64,000 bases of DNA from a virus (lineage: Duplodnaviria > Heunggongvirae > Uroviricota > Caudoviricetes): the IMG/VR virus record IMGVR_UViG_3300023174_000034; one strand, given 5' to 3'. Positions 49,495 through 58,354 of the stretch are shown here, piece by piece. Under the pieces are notes generated by a model. The model saw nothing but the letters and a program-made list of their open reading frames with translations, did not search any database and was not told where the DNA came from. Within the stretch, counting starts at the first letter, position 1. The number at the start of each line of letters is the position of its first letter. The position numbers and the translations under genes are program-made.

Positions 49495-49570
49495 TGGGGT
49501 GTCGCCTAGTGGCCTAAGGCAACGGTCTTTGAAATCGTCATCATGAGTTCGAATCTCATCTCCCCTGCCA
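49495..49570 (+). tRNA. tRNA-Gln(TTG)
   Basis: Cloverleaf with acceptor mismatches, GCCA. Confidence 0.85.
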
Positions 49571-49578
49571 AATACAAT

Positions 49579-49655
49579 GCGACCGTAGCTCAGTTGGATA
49601 GAGTACTGGCCTACGAAGTCAGGTGTCGGGAGTTCGAGTCTCTCCGGTCGCACCA
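49579..49655 (+). tRNA. tRNA-Arg(ACG)
   Basis: Cloverleaf, CCA. Confidence 0.93.
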
Positions 49656-49661
49656 ATACAA

Positions 49662-49735
49662 GCCCTGTTAGTTAAGTGGTATAACAACTGTTTTGTAATC
49701 AGTAGTTGGCAGTTCGATTCTGTCACGGGGCACCA
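49662..49735 (+). tRNA. tRNA-Thr(TGT)
   Basis: Cloverleaf, CCA. Confidence 0.88.
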
Positions 49736-49742
49736 GTTTTAT

Positions 49743-49817
49743 GTTGAGGTTAGTTTAGTGGTAAAACCGCGGGTTGTGATTCCGCTATCACGAGTTCGAT
49801 CCTCGTACCTCAACCCA
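49743..49817 (+). tRNA. tRNA-His(GTG)
   Basis: G-1:C73 pair, CCA. Confidence 0.9.
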
Positions 49818-49824
49818 ATACAAT

Positions 49825-49900
49825 GCCAAGATAGCTCATCAGGTAGAGCACTAGTTTGAAGCACTAGGTGTGGTTGGTTCGAGTCCAACTCTTGGTACCA
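49825..49900 (+). tRNA. tRNA-Phe(GAA)
   Basis: Cloverleaf; G37. Confidence 0.88.
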
Positions 49901-49903
49901 TAT

Positions 49904-49978
49904 GCCTCTTTGGTGAAATGGATATCATCTTTGTCTTCGAAACAAAGGGTGTGGGTTCGATTCCTGCAAGAGGCGCCA
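49904..49978 (+). tRNA. tRNA-Arg(TCG)
   Basis: Cloverleaf, GCCA. Confidence 0.88.
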
Positions 49979-49980
49979 AC

Positions 49981-50055
49981 ATCGCTATAGTTCAGTGGAT
50001 AGAACAAAACACTCCTAAGGTTAAGACGGAGGTTCGATTCCTCCTAGCGGTACCA
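49981..50055 (+). tRNA. tRNA-Arg(CCT)
   Basis: Cloverleaf with weak anticodon stem, CCA. Confidence 0.78.
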
Positions 50056-50057
50056 AC

Positions 50058-50133
50058 AGTTCCTTAGCTCAGTTGGTAGAGCGTTACGTTGACATCGTAA
50101 AGGTCAGTGGTTCAAACCCGCTAGGAACTACCA
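50058..50133 (+). tRNA. tRNA-Val(GAC)
   Basis: Cloverleaf, ACCA. Confidence 0.92.
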
Positions 50134-50142
50134 AAATAAACA

Positions 50143-50171
50143 TTGACATCAATGTAGTATCAATATATAAT
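50143..50171 (+). promoter_or_regulatory. Internal sigma70 promoter in the tRNA array
   Basis: TTGACA-17-TATAAT. Confidence 0.88.
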
Positions 50172-50181
50172 ACAAACAACT

Positions 50182-50273
50182 GGAAACGTGGCCGAGTGGT
50201 CTAAGGCAGCAGGTTGCTAACCTGTCGTGTCAAGTAATTGGCACCGAGAGTTCGAATCTCTCCGTTTCCGCCA
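50182..50273 (+). tRNA. tRNA-Ser(GCT)
   Basis: Long variable arm, GCCA. Confidence 0.93.
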
Positions 50274-50280
50274 AGATTAT

Positions 50281-50354
50281 CGCGGGATAGAGTAACGGTA
50301 ATTCAGAAGTCTCATAAGCTTCAGATGGTGGTTCGATTCCGCCTCCCGCAACCA
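50281..50354 (+). tRNA. tRNA-fMet-like (CAT)
   Basis: CGCGGG start, C1:A72 mismatch. Confidence 0.85.
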
Positions 50355-50359
50355 GTTAT

Positions 50360-50473
50360 GCTTTCTGTAGTAGCTACAATGGAACACCGAAATACTTGTC
50401 AATGTCGACCATGTACAAGGACCGGCCATGAAGAGTAGGGCTACCGTGGATTCAAGCGCCGCAGAAAGCACCA
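50360..50473 (+). ncRNA. CCA-terminated tRNA-like RNA
   Basis: GCTTTCTGT/GCAGAAAGC stem + ACCA; long irregular arm in place of D and anticodon arms. Confidence 0.6.
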
Positions 50474-50478
50474 TACAT

Positions 50479-50555
50479 GGCTCCGTAGTTCAGTCCGGCA
50501 GAACGTTGGTCTCCAAAACCAAATGTCAGTGGTTCAAATCCATTCGGGGTCGCCA
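50479..50555 (+). tRNA. tRNA-Trp(CCA)
   Basis: Cloverleaf, GCCA. Confidence 0.9.
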
Positions 50556-50559
50556 ATTT

Positions 50560-50635
50560 GGATGTATAGCATAGTGGCTAATGCAGTTCCTTCATACGGA
50601 AAAGATCGTTGGTTCGAGTCCAACTACATCCACCA
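50560..50635 (+). tRNA. tRNA-Met(CAT), elongator
   Basis: TT-CAT-AC loop, ACCA. Confidence 0.85.
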
Positions 50636-50637
50636 AG

Positions 50638-50790
50638 TTTCTGAGATAGACGTAGGGTTTGAGTCCCACTTAGTCTAGCCGAGTGGCTGCTCGGTGACAA
50701 CGCAAGATGGCTATTTGTGGTCAGCAAAGACTTGCCCTTACGAGACAATCCAGCAAGGCCGGGCCACCCGGATAGTTGGGCACTTGGAAA
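50638..50790 (+). ncRNA. Putative ~150-nt structured RNA
   Basis: TTTCTGAG/CTTGGAAA closing stem, T-arm-like GGGTTTGAGTCCC, CCGAG/CTCGG hairpin. Confidence 0.5.
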
Positions 50791-50799
50791 ACCTATAAC

Positions 50800-50877
50800 G
50801 CCCCTGTGGACAAATTGGCAAAGTCGTCTCTCTCAAAAGGAGAAATTCTCTCGGTTCGACTCCGAGCGGGGGTACCA
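50800..50877 (+). tRNA. tRNA-Leu(CAA), short variable loop
   Basis: TCTCT-CTCAAAA-GGAGA arm, ACCA. Confidence 0.8.
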
Positions 50878-50878
50878 C

Positions 50879-50952
50879 GCTCTTGTAGTTAAGTGGCATA
50901 ACGGCTCCATGGTAAGGAGCAATCGACAGTTCGATTCTGTACTTGAGCACCA
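50879..50952 (+). tRNA. tRNA-Thr(GGT)
   Basis: GCTCC-ATGGTAA-GGAGC arm; two U:U mismatches in the acceptor stem. Confidence 0.78.
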
Positions 50953-50958
50953 ATATTG

Positions 50959-50987
50959 TTGACTAGCTTTGTGCAGTACTATATACT
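50959..50987 (+). promoter_or_regulatory. sigma70 promoter, probably giving a leaderless mRNA
   Basis: TTGACT-17-TATACT; ATG ATG at 50991/50994. Confidence 0.75.
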
Positions 50988-50990
50988 GTT

Positions 50991-51389
50991 ATGATGAATA
51001 GAGTTTTTGTTAATGGTACGTTTGATATCCTGCATCCAGGCCATGTGATGTTGTTGCAGTATGCGGCCAGTCTTGGTCAAGTCACAGTTGCCATTGACAC
51101 AGACCGTCGGGTACGCCAGCTGAAAGGCGCAGGTCGTCCGTTCTTTAATCAAGACGAACGCCGACTAATGCTACAAGGTCTAAAGTATGTGAGCAAGGTA
51201 TGTACCTTTGACACAGATCAAGAACTAGAATACCTTATTCAAACCAGCGAACCAGACATCATGGTCAAAGGCAGTGATTACCGTGGGCGTCCAATCATTG
51301 GAGAAGAGCACGTGCCACACATAGAATTTTTTGAAAGACTTGATGAGTACTCCAGTACAAAAGCAATTCAACATATTGTTACTAGGTGA
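50991..51389 (+). CDS. Cytidylyltransferase-like nucleotidyltransferase (HldE/RfaE domain II-like)
   Basis: NGTFDILHPGH, LKG.GRP, VKGSDY, YSST. Confidence 0.9.
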   Translation: MMNRVFVNGTFDILHPGHVMLLQYAASLGQVTVAIDTDRRVRQLKGAGRPFFNQDERRLMLQGLKYVSKVCTFDTDQELEYLIQTSEPDIMVKGSDYRGRPIIGEEHVPHIEFFERLDEYSSTKAIQHIVTR

Positions 51390-52092
51390 CAGTTGTTTAG
51401 ACGTTTATCAATACGGCACAGTTGATCGCATGAGTCCAGAAGCTCCTGTTCCTGTGTTTGTGCCTGCACATGAAGAAACCCGTCCGGGCATGGCGTCCAA
51501 TGTATATGAAAATCTCAAAGCACTTGGGCTGACTGCAAATTTTATCACAGGGCAAGAAGGCACAAAGACCAGACTGATTGACAGTCGTAGCAAGCAACAG
51601 ATTGTTCGCATTGATGCTGATGTCAAAAACGATCCGCTAGTGTTTGAAACAGCAATACCACAAGTGTATCATGCCATTGTGATCAGCGACTACAACAAAG
51701 GCTTGATCACATACGAACTGGTAGAAGAACTACGTAGAGAATTTCCAGGTCCTATTTTCATTGACACCAAGAAGCAGGACCTAAAACGATTTGAAGGTTG
51801 CATTGTAAAGATCAACGAAGTTGAATACAAGGCAAGACACAGCGATTGTACTGACATGATTGTAACGCTGGGCAAAGCAGGCGCTTTGCACAATTTTGTC
51901 ATGTATCCGGCGCCTGAAATAGACGTTACTGACGTGTGTGGAGCCGGTGATACATTCCTTGCCGCACTGGCATATGAATATCTAAATACAGACGGTGACA
52001 TGAGCCAAGCAATTCAATTTGCTATTCGGGCCAGCGCCGTCACTGTACAACACACAGGTGTGTACGCACCCCGATTAGAGGAAATCAAATGA
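51343..52092 (+). CDS. PfkB-family sugar kinase (HldE/RfaE domain I-like)
   Basis: RMSPEAPVP, ISDYNKG, DVCGAGDTF. Confidence 0.9.
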   Translation: MSTPVQKQFNILLLGDSCLDVYQYGTVDRMSPEAPVPVFVPAHEETRPGMASNVYENLKALGLTANFITGQEGTKTRLIDSRSKQQIVRIDADVKNDPLVFETAIPQVYHAIVISDYNKGLITYELVEELRREFPGPIFIDTKKQDLKRFEGCIVKINEVEYKARHSDCTDMIVTLGKAGALHNFVMYPAPEIDVTDVCGAGDTFLAALAYEYLNTDGDMSQAIQFAIRASAVTVQHTGVYAPRLEEIK

Positions 52093-52448
52093 CACAGTTA
52101 AAAGGACTAGTACCCAAGGGGTGGGGTTCAGAGTTTATCTGGGCCACCAATGACAAGTACTGCGGCAAGTTCATGAACTTCAATGCAGGTGCAAAGTTCA
52201 GTATGCACTTTCATCAGTTCAAAGAAGAAACCTGGTATGTACAATCAGGACGGTTTATTGTGCGCTGGATTGACACTGCCACTGCTGAACACCATGAAAA
52301 AGAACTGCGTGATGGTGCAGTATGGCACAACGAACCCTGCAAGCCACATCAGTTGGAATGTCTTGAAGCAGGCACAGTAATTGAGGTCAGCACACCAGAC
52401 TCAGTGGAAGACAACTACAGAGTGGGCAAAGGCGACAGTCAAACGTAA
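52089..52448 (+). CDS. Cupin (sugar-phosphate isomerase-like)
   Basis: KGWG.E, SMHFH..KEETW, H, EVST. Confidence 0.85.
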   Translation: MTQLKGLVPKGWGSEFIWATNDKYCGKFMNFNAGAKFSMHFHQFKEETWYVQSGRFIVRWIDTATAEHHEKELRDGAVWHNEPCKPHQLECLEAGTVIEVSTPDSVEDNYRVGKGDSQT

Positions 52449-53617
52449 TGTTCTTTCGCATAGCACCAGAGCAGGACATGCGATTTCCTGTGCAGTTTCT
52501 GCTTAGAGATAATCTGTGGTTGAACTGCGATACAGGATGGACAGAGATCTGGACAGAGCATGGCTTTGCTTACATCAAAGGCTACTGTCATGAACATGGA
52601 CTTAGCCAGTATTTTGCTACCAAGCTCATGCAGGACCCTGAGCCCTGTTACACAGGTAGCTTTGTTGCGGTGCTGGCCAAGAACGACGGTGCAGTTGTGG
52701 TCACAAACGATACATCAAGAGCTACACCACTGTGGCGTAACGATGACAAGTTTGAACTAGGCAACATGGGTGTGACAGGTCAGAATGTCTGGGCAGATGC
52801 CTGGGTTGTCATGACCAGCACAATACTTGAACATCGCTGGGGTGCTGTGCCTGGCATAGACCCACAGTCAATCTACAGCGTGTTGGACGAAATACATAAT
52901 ATGTTAACTGCTCGTTTTCAGTGGTTGGCACTCAACACAGACAATATCCGAGTGTTCTTTTCGGGCGGAATTGATACGCTAACATGCATCAGTTACTTGC
53001 GAGCATTAGAAATACCATTTGAACTTGTGTGTGGAGAACATTATGACTATGATCAGTTCACATGCGAGTTTGACAACGAACTAAAAGCCCATTGGGGCTA
53101 TACACAGATTCATCACTACCGTGAGCCTACCATGCTTGTGACTGGTGCTTGCGGAGATGAATATTTTTTGCGTGGACCAGCAACAGCAAATATCATGCTC
53201 ATGCACTTGGGCAAGAGCATGGAGCAGGTGTTAACCCCTGATCATTATCACTACCAGTACTTTCGGGGCATAGAGAAATCAGCCCTGTACAAGCGACAAG
53301 TACAGGACGAACAAATACAAAAGGCAATACAAAGTAGAGAAACAACTGCGGACTATATTCTGCGGATGTGCATTAACGATCACCAGCACTGGCACCTTGG
53401 GCAAACACTAACGTTTACTCCGTTCAAGGACATTGGCATACTCAAGCTAATACTCAGTATGGACGACCAACAACATATAATTGAATCTATCGTTGATGCC
53501 AAAATACAAAAATTACTCATAGCTCGCAATGAGCCTGAGTTACTTGGCTATCTAGTCAAGCATAAAAACATGGACCGCACAGCAATATACAAACTGTACG
53601 AGTTCCTATCAAGATAA
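52448..53617 (+). CDS. Asparagine synthetase-like protein (degenerate Ntn + PP-loop)
   Basis: GSF.AV, D...A.PL, FFSGGIDT, TG..GDE.F. Confidence 0.6.
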   Translation: MFFRIAPEQDMRFPVQFLLRDNLWLNCDTGWTEIWTEHGFAYIKGYCHEHGLSQYFATKLMQDPEPCYTGSFVAVLAKNDGAVVVTNDTSRATPLWRNDDKFELGNMGVTGQNVWADAWVVMTSTILEHRWGAVPGIDPQSIYSVLDEIHNMLTARFQWLALNTDNIRVFFSGGIDTLTCISYLRALEIPFELVCGEHYDYDQFTCEFDNELKAHWGYTQIHHYREPTMLVTGACGDEYFLRGPATANIMLMHLGKSMEQVLTPDHYHYQYFRGIEKSALYKRQVQDEQIQKAIQSRETTADYILRMCINDHQHWHLGQTLTFTPFKDIGILKLILSMDDQQHIIESIVDAKIQKLLIARNEPELLGYLVKHKNMDRTAIYKLYEFLSR

Positions 53618-53618
53618 T

Positions 53619-53708
53619 GGAAGTGTGGCTGAGCATGGCTTAAGGCAGCAGTCTTGAAAACTGAAGTGTCGAAAGGCACCGTGGGTTCGAATCCTACCAC
53701 TTCCGCCA
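53619..53708 (+). tRNA. tRNA-Ser(TGA)
   Basis: Long variable arm, GCCA. Confidence 0.93.
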
Positions 53709-53716
53709 ATAACACG

Positions 53717-53766
53717 GCCCTGACCTCTGCGGATTGATCATCCATGCACGTCAGGGTTTTTCTTTT
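53717..53766 (+). terminator. Intrinsic terminator
   Basis: CCCTGAC...GTCAGGG + TTTTTCTTTT. Confidence 0.65.
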
Positions 53767-53788
53767 GACCTCTGTTTTTGCACCACAG

Positions 53789-53796
53789 TATAAATA
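53789..53796 (+). promoter_or_regulatory. T4-type late promoter TATAAATA (representative of many TAAATA sites)
   Basis: TAAATA also at 9217, 15557, 18971, 22367, 23067, 25853, 26353, 30558, 34031, 36121, 42422, 48667, 55062 and 61344, each just upstream of a gene. Confidence 0.75.
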
Positions 53797-53823
53797 CGCA
53801 CATAACTCAACCAGGAAATTTCC

Positions 53824-54381
53824 ATGATCATCCCATCCAACTCTGAAAAATTTGACAAGCAATGGCTCGAGCTCATCAGCCACGACCCTGTTCATCCAAC
53901 TATTGCTAAAGAATCTCGTACCCTGGGCACACGTACAGTATTGATGTACGAGGAACAAGATCAAAATCAGTGCATGATTTGCACAAAGATAAGTGACGAC
54001 CTGGTGCGAAGCATGAAAGATATCTTCGTGGACAGCAAAGACGAAGGACTCACTGCCATGTTCTACACCATCTTTCGCTTGCCTGATGCACTGATGGGTG
54101 TGGGTGCCAGAGCACTGAAAGAAGCTGTGAGCCATTTCAGCGCACAAGGTGTGAAAAACTTTTACACACTGAGTCCTATTCCAAGTCTGAGCAAGCACTT
54201 TGACGCACCTCCTACAGAAGAACAGGTGCGTGAATTCATTGCAGAGCGTAAAGATCCTGTGGCCAAGTTCCATCTGGGCAACGGTGCTAGCCTACACGCA
54301 GTAAACTTTGATGCAGATTCCAGCGATATTCGCCAGGGCGAAAGCTGGGGAATCATGGTCAACTACCGTTATACTGTTTAA
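53824..54381 (+). CDS. Malonyl-CoA decarboxylase C-terminal-domain-like protein
   Basis: DPVHP, AMFYTI, FYTLSPIP, DPVAKFHLGNGA, SWGIMVNYRY. Confidence 0.85.
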   Translation: MIIPSNSEKFDKQWLELISHDPVHPTIAKESRTLGTRTVLMYEEQDQNQCMICTKISDDLVRSMKDIFVDSKDEGLTAMFYTIFRLPDALMGVGARALKEAVSHFSAQGVKNFYTLSPIPSLSKHFDAPPTEEQVREFIAERKDPVAKFHLGNGASLHAVNFDADSSDIRQGESWGIMVNYRYTV

Positions 54382-55019
54382 GGGGTATTAACACGGAACC
54401 GCTGGGCGTCTTGTTTCAGCTTGACCATTTCTTCTGCTAGTGCCTGGCCGCTAACTGCGTCAGGGTACCGATCTAGTATCTCTTGAGCCAGCGCAAGATC
54501 TCTGCAGACCACGCCCAGTCCTGCGGAATGCAAAAATGCCACTTTGGCTTGAGCACCTACTTCTAGAAATACTCGAGTAACATCTGGGTAGGATGTGATA
54601 TCGTGCATGAGTACCACTCCTGTGGCGCTCACGTGCGGACCCCAGTTCACAAAGTCCATCAAACAAGCTTCATATGTGTGTAGCCCGTCAATGTGCAAGA
54701 TATCAATTGGTGCTACCCAATACTGTGCAAGCTCAGTGAAGTCGCCTTTGATCAACTGTACATTGGTGTACTCGTTGTCTGTTGCAAACTGTTGCACTGT
54801 TTCGTGTTGATTTTTTTCACGTGTGCCTGCATGTGCATCACCTTCAAATAGGTCAATGCCAATCACACGCCCTGGGTTTTTGTTTGCTAGGCAAAACAAG
54901 CTGTAGCCGTAATCCACGCCTAATTCTACTGTTATTTTGGGTTGCAAACGCTGTGTTAGCCATTCAGCAAACGCACGATGCCCTTTCCAGCTACTTTCAA
55001 GTTGTTCAAGTTTATCCAT
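54378..55019 (-). CDS. Class I SAM methyltransferase (Methyltransf_24-like)
   Basis: VELGVDYG.S, IDILHIDGLHTYE, G.V.MHD. Confidence 0.88.
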   Translation of the reverse strand: MDKLEQLESSWKGHRAFAEWLTQRLQPKITVELGVDYGYSLFCLANKNPGRVIGIDLFEGDAHAGTREKNQHETVQQFATDNEYTNVQLIKGDFTELAQYWVAPIDILHIDGLHTYEACLMDFVNWGPHVSATGVVLMHDITSYPDVTRVFLEVGAQAKVAFLHSAGLGVVCRDLALAQEILDRYPDAVSGQALAEEMVKLKQDAQRFRVNTP

Positions 55020-55090
55020 ACACTTATTTAATTGCCTGCTACGGGGTATTGCAGTTTTCCATAAATACTGGATACAGATGATGGTATCCT

Positions 55091-55588
55091 ATGCAAACAA
55101 TCGACGTTTTTTGGTATAAAAATATCCTGGAAGTCCAGGTGCAGGATCCTGCCATCTTCACCACAAGGAACAGGATTGTGTACAGCAGACCTATAAAAAT
55201 CTACCAGGGTATTGACAACCCTATCCACATTGTGGCTAAAAATCAAGATCAAAAATCAGTTGATCTCACAGGCTACACCATGGAAATTGCCATCCAGGAC
55301 CTTATAAATGAGCTGACTGTTTCGGTTTTTGCTGTGTCTGCATTTACATGGAATCGAGGACTAGGGCAGTTTACCATTCCAGTAGAAACGGTAAATGCGC
55401 TGGATCAAGAATTTTACTGGCTCACTGCCAGACTGGTCAACACCGCTACCAATGCGCTACAACCACTTTATATTGATGACAATCATGAAGTACGACTAAC
55501 ACTGCAAGTATTGCCAGCATACTACCAAAGTGTATCACAAGACCTAGTGCTAAACGATGGCATCATAGATTCAGGAGTCATCGGATAA
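55091..55588 (+). CDS. Hypothetical virion protein
   Basis: Late motif upstream; IYQGIDN.I...KNQDQK. Confidence 0.65.
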   Translation: MQTIDVFWYKNILEVQVQDPAIFTTRNRIVYSRPIKIYQGIDNPIHIVAKNQDQKSVDLTGYTMEIAIQDLINELTVSVFAVSAFTWNRGLGQFTIPVETVNALDQEFYWLTARLVNTATNALQPLYIDDNHEVRLTLQVLPAYYQSVSQDLVLNDGIIDSGVIG

Positions 55589-58353
55589 TGACCACAGCAA
55601 ATATACAAATTAGAGAAGTGTTATTCAAGCGTGGTAACACATCAGCCGCGGCAAACTACACAGGCCCTGTTGGTACCATTGTGATTGACACAGGACTCAA
55701 TACCATACGCATCCAGGACGGTGCTACACCAGGTGGATTTCCAATAGCACAAGGCATCCGTGGACTGCAGGGCAATGCAGGCGCACAGGGACCACAAGGC
55801 ATACAAGGCAATGCCAGCACGGTGGCAGGACCACAAGGCATCCAGGGCAATACCGGCCCACAAGGCGTACAGGGCATACAAGGCAATGCCGGCCCACAAG
55901 GCGTACAGGGAATCCAGGGAATCCAGGGCAATACAGGCGCACAAGGCACCAGCGTGACCTTGGTTGGCAACGTGGCCAATCCTGCGGCTTTACCAGGATC
56001 TGGGTCAGCTGGACAAGGTTATATCGTAAACAGCACAGGCAATCTCTTTATTTGGAACACCATTACCACATCATGGAACAACGTTGGCCCAATAGTTGGA
56101 CCACAAGGTAATGCAGGCGCACAGGGTATCCAAGGTAATGCAGGCGCACAGGGTATCCAAGGCATACAGGGCAATGCAGGCGCACAGGGACCACAAGGCA
56201 TACAGGGCAATACAGGCGCACAAGGGCCACAGGGCATTCAAGGAAATGCAGGGCCACAGGGACCACAAGGCATACAGGGCAATGTTGGCGCAACAGGCAC
56301 AGTGGACTACACATTATTGATTCCAATCAATGCAAACATAGCGGCAGCAAATGCGGCCATTGTCACTGCCAATACCAGCTTGAAGAGCTACACTGACACA
56401 GCCATCAGCACAGCCATCAACAACTTGATCAATTCAGCACCTGGCACCTTGGACACACTGGGTGAAATCGCAGCCAACTTGGCCAGCTCAGGTGGTGCCA
56501 TTGCCAGTATACTGACCAGCATAACAAACACCAACAGCAATGTTACCACTGCCAACACAGGCATGAAGAGCTATGTTGATGCACAGGTTACCACACTGAC
56601 TTCTAATTCAGCAACACAAGCATCGTTGCTCAACACTATCAATGCAAACTTGTCAGCGGCCAATACCAGCATCTCCACAAATCTCTCTCGACTGATCACA
56701 CTAGAAAGCAACGTTGGTGCATATGAAGCTTATGCCAATCTAACATTCAGCAGTGTGAGTAATGCGGCCGCACAAGCCACAAGTATCAACACATTAGATG
56801 CCAACCTAGGCACAGCCACAACCAACATCACGACCTTGTTTAGTAATGCGGCCACACAGGCAAACAGTATTGTATCTGTCAATGCCAACGTCACAGCGGC
56901 CAATTCTGCAATGCAGACAATCACGGCCAACCTAGGTGCTTACCAGACCTGGGCTAATGGACGTATTACCACTCTTGATGGTAATCTTGGTACTGCCACT
57001 ACAAATATCACAAACATCAGTGCCAATATTGGTGCTTACCAGACCTGGGCTAATGGACGTATTACCACTCTTGATGGTAATCTTGGTACTGCCACTACAA
57101 ATATCACAAACATCAGTGCTAATATTGGTGCTTACCAAACATATGGTAACCTAACATTCAGCACAGTGGCCAATGCAGGTACACAACAAACAGAGATCAA
57201 TGCTCTACGTGCCAACGTCACAGCAGCCAACACATTGACCTACAGCAATACCAATGTCACAGCATTGCTGTCTGCAAACACAGTGACCACAATATCAACC
57301 ACTGGCAACATCACCACCATAGCCAATGTTATTGCTCCAAACTATTTGTTTGCCAATGGTGTAAACATATTGTCAGGTAGTATATATGGTAACACACAAG
57401 CCAATGCCTTGTTGTCCAGCAACATAGTCAGTACAATATTCACAACTGGCAATATCACAACCATAGCCAATGTTATTGTATCCGGCACCACTCCTGCCAC
57501 CACAGCAACCACAGGCGCAGTACAAATCACAGGTGGCATGGGCATTGCTGGTAACATATTCCAAACAGGACAACATACCATATCAAACGGTACACCTGCT
57601 ACTAGTGCTGTAAGTGGTGCATTGATTGTGTCGGGTGGTATTGGTGTCACCGGCAACATATTCCAAACTGGACAACATACCATATCAAACGGTACACCTG
57701 CTACCAGTGCTGTAAGTGGTGCATTGATTGTGTCACCGGGTGGCATGGGCATTGCTGGTAACATATTCCAAACAGGACAACTCACTGTTTCAAACACCAC
57801 ACCTGCTACCAGTGCTGTAAGTGGTGCAGTACAAATTACAGGTGGCATGGGCATTGCTGGTAACATATTCCAAACAGGACAACTCACTGTTTCAAACAGT
57901 ACCATAAGTGCAAACACTGTGAGTGGTGCAGTGATCATCACAGGTGGTGCTGGCGTCGGCGGTAACTTGAACATAGGTGGAAACCTAGTGGCCAACGTGA
58001 ACATCAGTTCACTCAGCAATAGAGCATACAGCGTGGGCTATCTGGGTATACCACAGAACACACAAGGTGCCAATTATGGAATATTGATAGGCGATGCTGG
58101 TCGACACATATATGTCACAGCAACCAGCACAGTGACTATTCCTGCCAACAGCTCAGTTGCATTCCCGATCGGAACTGCCATCAGTATCATTGCCGGAACA
58201 GGTGCCACAGTCACTATCGCTATCACAACAGACACCATGTACCTGGCAGGTACAGGCACAACAGGATCACGCACACTGGCTGCATTTGGTATGGCCACAG
58301 CAGTCAAGGTCACAAGCACCGCATGGTTTATCAACGGAACAGGATTGACCTAA
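55588..58353 (+). CDS. Collagen-repeat tail fibre
   Basis: Mtd-N-like start, G-X-Q triplets, [11 protein letters not shown] motif, coiled-coil, C-terminal FPIGT...W.ING..L. Confidence 0.85.
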   Translation: MTTANIQIREVLFKRGNTSAAANYTGPVGTIVIDTGLNTIRIQDGATPGGFPIAQGIRGLQGNAGAQGPQGIQGNASTVAGPQGIQGNTGPQGVQGIQGNAGPQGVQGIQGIQGNTGAQGTSVTLVGNVANPAALPGSGSAGQGYIVNSTGNLFIWNTITTSWNNVGPIVGPQGNAGAQGIQGNAGAQGIQGIQGNAGAQGPQGIQGNTGAQGPQGIQGNAGPQGPQGIQGNVGATGTVDYTLLIPINANIAAANAAIVTANTSLKSYTDTAISTAINNLINSAPGTLDTLGEIAANLASSGGAIASILTSITNTNSNVTTANTGMKSYVDAQVTTLTSNSATQASLLNTINANLSAANTSISTNLSRLITLESNVGAYEAYANLTFSSVSNAAAQATSINTLDANLGTATTNITTLFSNAATQANSIVSVNANVTAANSAMQTITANLGAYQTWANGRITTLDGNLGTATTNITNISANIGAYQTWANGRITTLDGNLGTATTNITNISANIGAYQTYGNLTFSTVANAGTQQTEINALRANVTAANTLTYSNTNVTALLSANTVTTISTTGNITTIANVIAPNYLFANGVNILSGSIYGNTQANALLSSNIVSTIFTTGNITTIANVIVSGTTPATTATTGAVQITGGMGIAGNIFQTGQHTISNGTPATSAVSGALIVSGGIGVTGNIFQTGQHTISNGTPATSAVSGALIVSPGGMGIAGNIFQTGQLTVSNTTPATSAVSGAVQITGGMGIAGNIFQTGQLTVSNSTISANTVSGAVIITGGAGVGGNLNIGGNLVANVNISSLSNRAYSVGYLGIPQNTQGANYGILIGDAGRHIYVTATSTVTIPANSSVAFPIGTAISIIAGTGATVTIAITTDTMYLAGTGTTGSRTLAAFGMATAVKVTSTAWFINGTGLT
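55760..56300 (+). repeat. Collagen-like Gly-X-Y repeats (GPQ/GIQ/GNA), two blocks
   Basis: 9-nt periodic repeats. Confidence 0.9.
56935..57137 (+). repeat. Near-perfect 96-bp tandem duplication
   Basis: GGTGCTTACCA recurs at 56935, 57031 and 57127. Confidence 0.9.
57530..57900 (+). repeat. Four ~40-aa repeats ([27 protein letters not shown])
   Basis: Visible at both DNA and protein level. Confidence 0.85.
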
Positions 58354-58354
58354 C

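Noticed and set aside
46370-50962. ORF-track ORFs across the tRNA array (e.g. 46370-46696, 46750-46989, 49623-49859, 50717-50962)
   Set aside because: They overlap clear tRNA genes or structured RNAs.
44036-53708. Stop-codon reassignment or suppressor tRNA
   Set aside because: No CTA/TTA/TCA anticodon found; genes are intact in code 11 and TAG terminates ORFs (16715, 49488).
55760-57900. CRISPR-like repeats
   Set aside because: Repeats are in-frame protein repeats without unique spacers; no cas genes.
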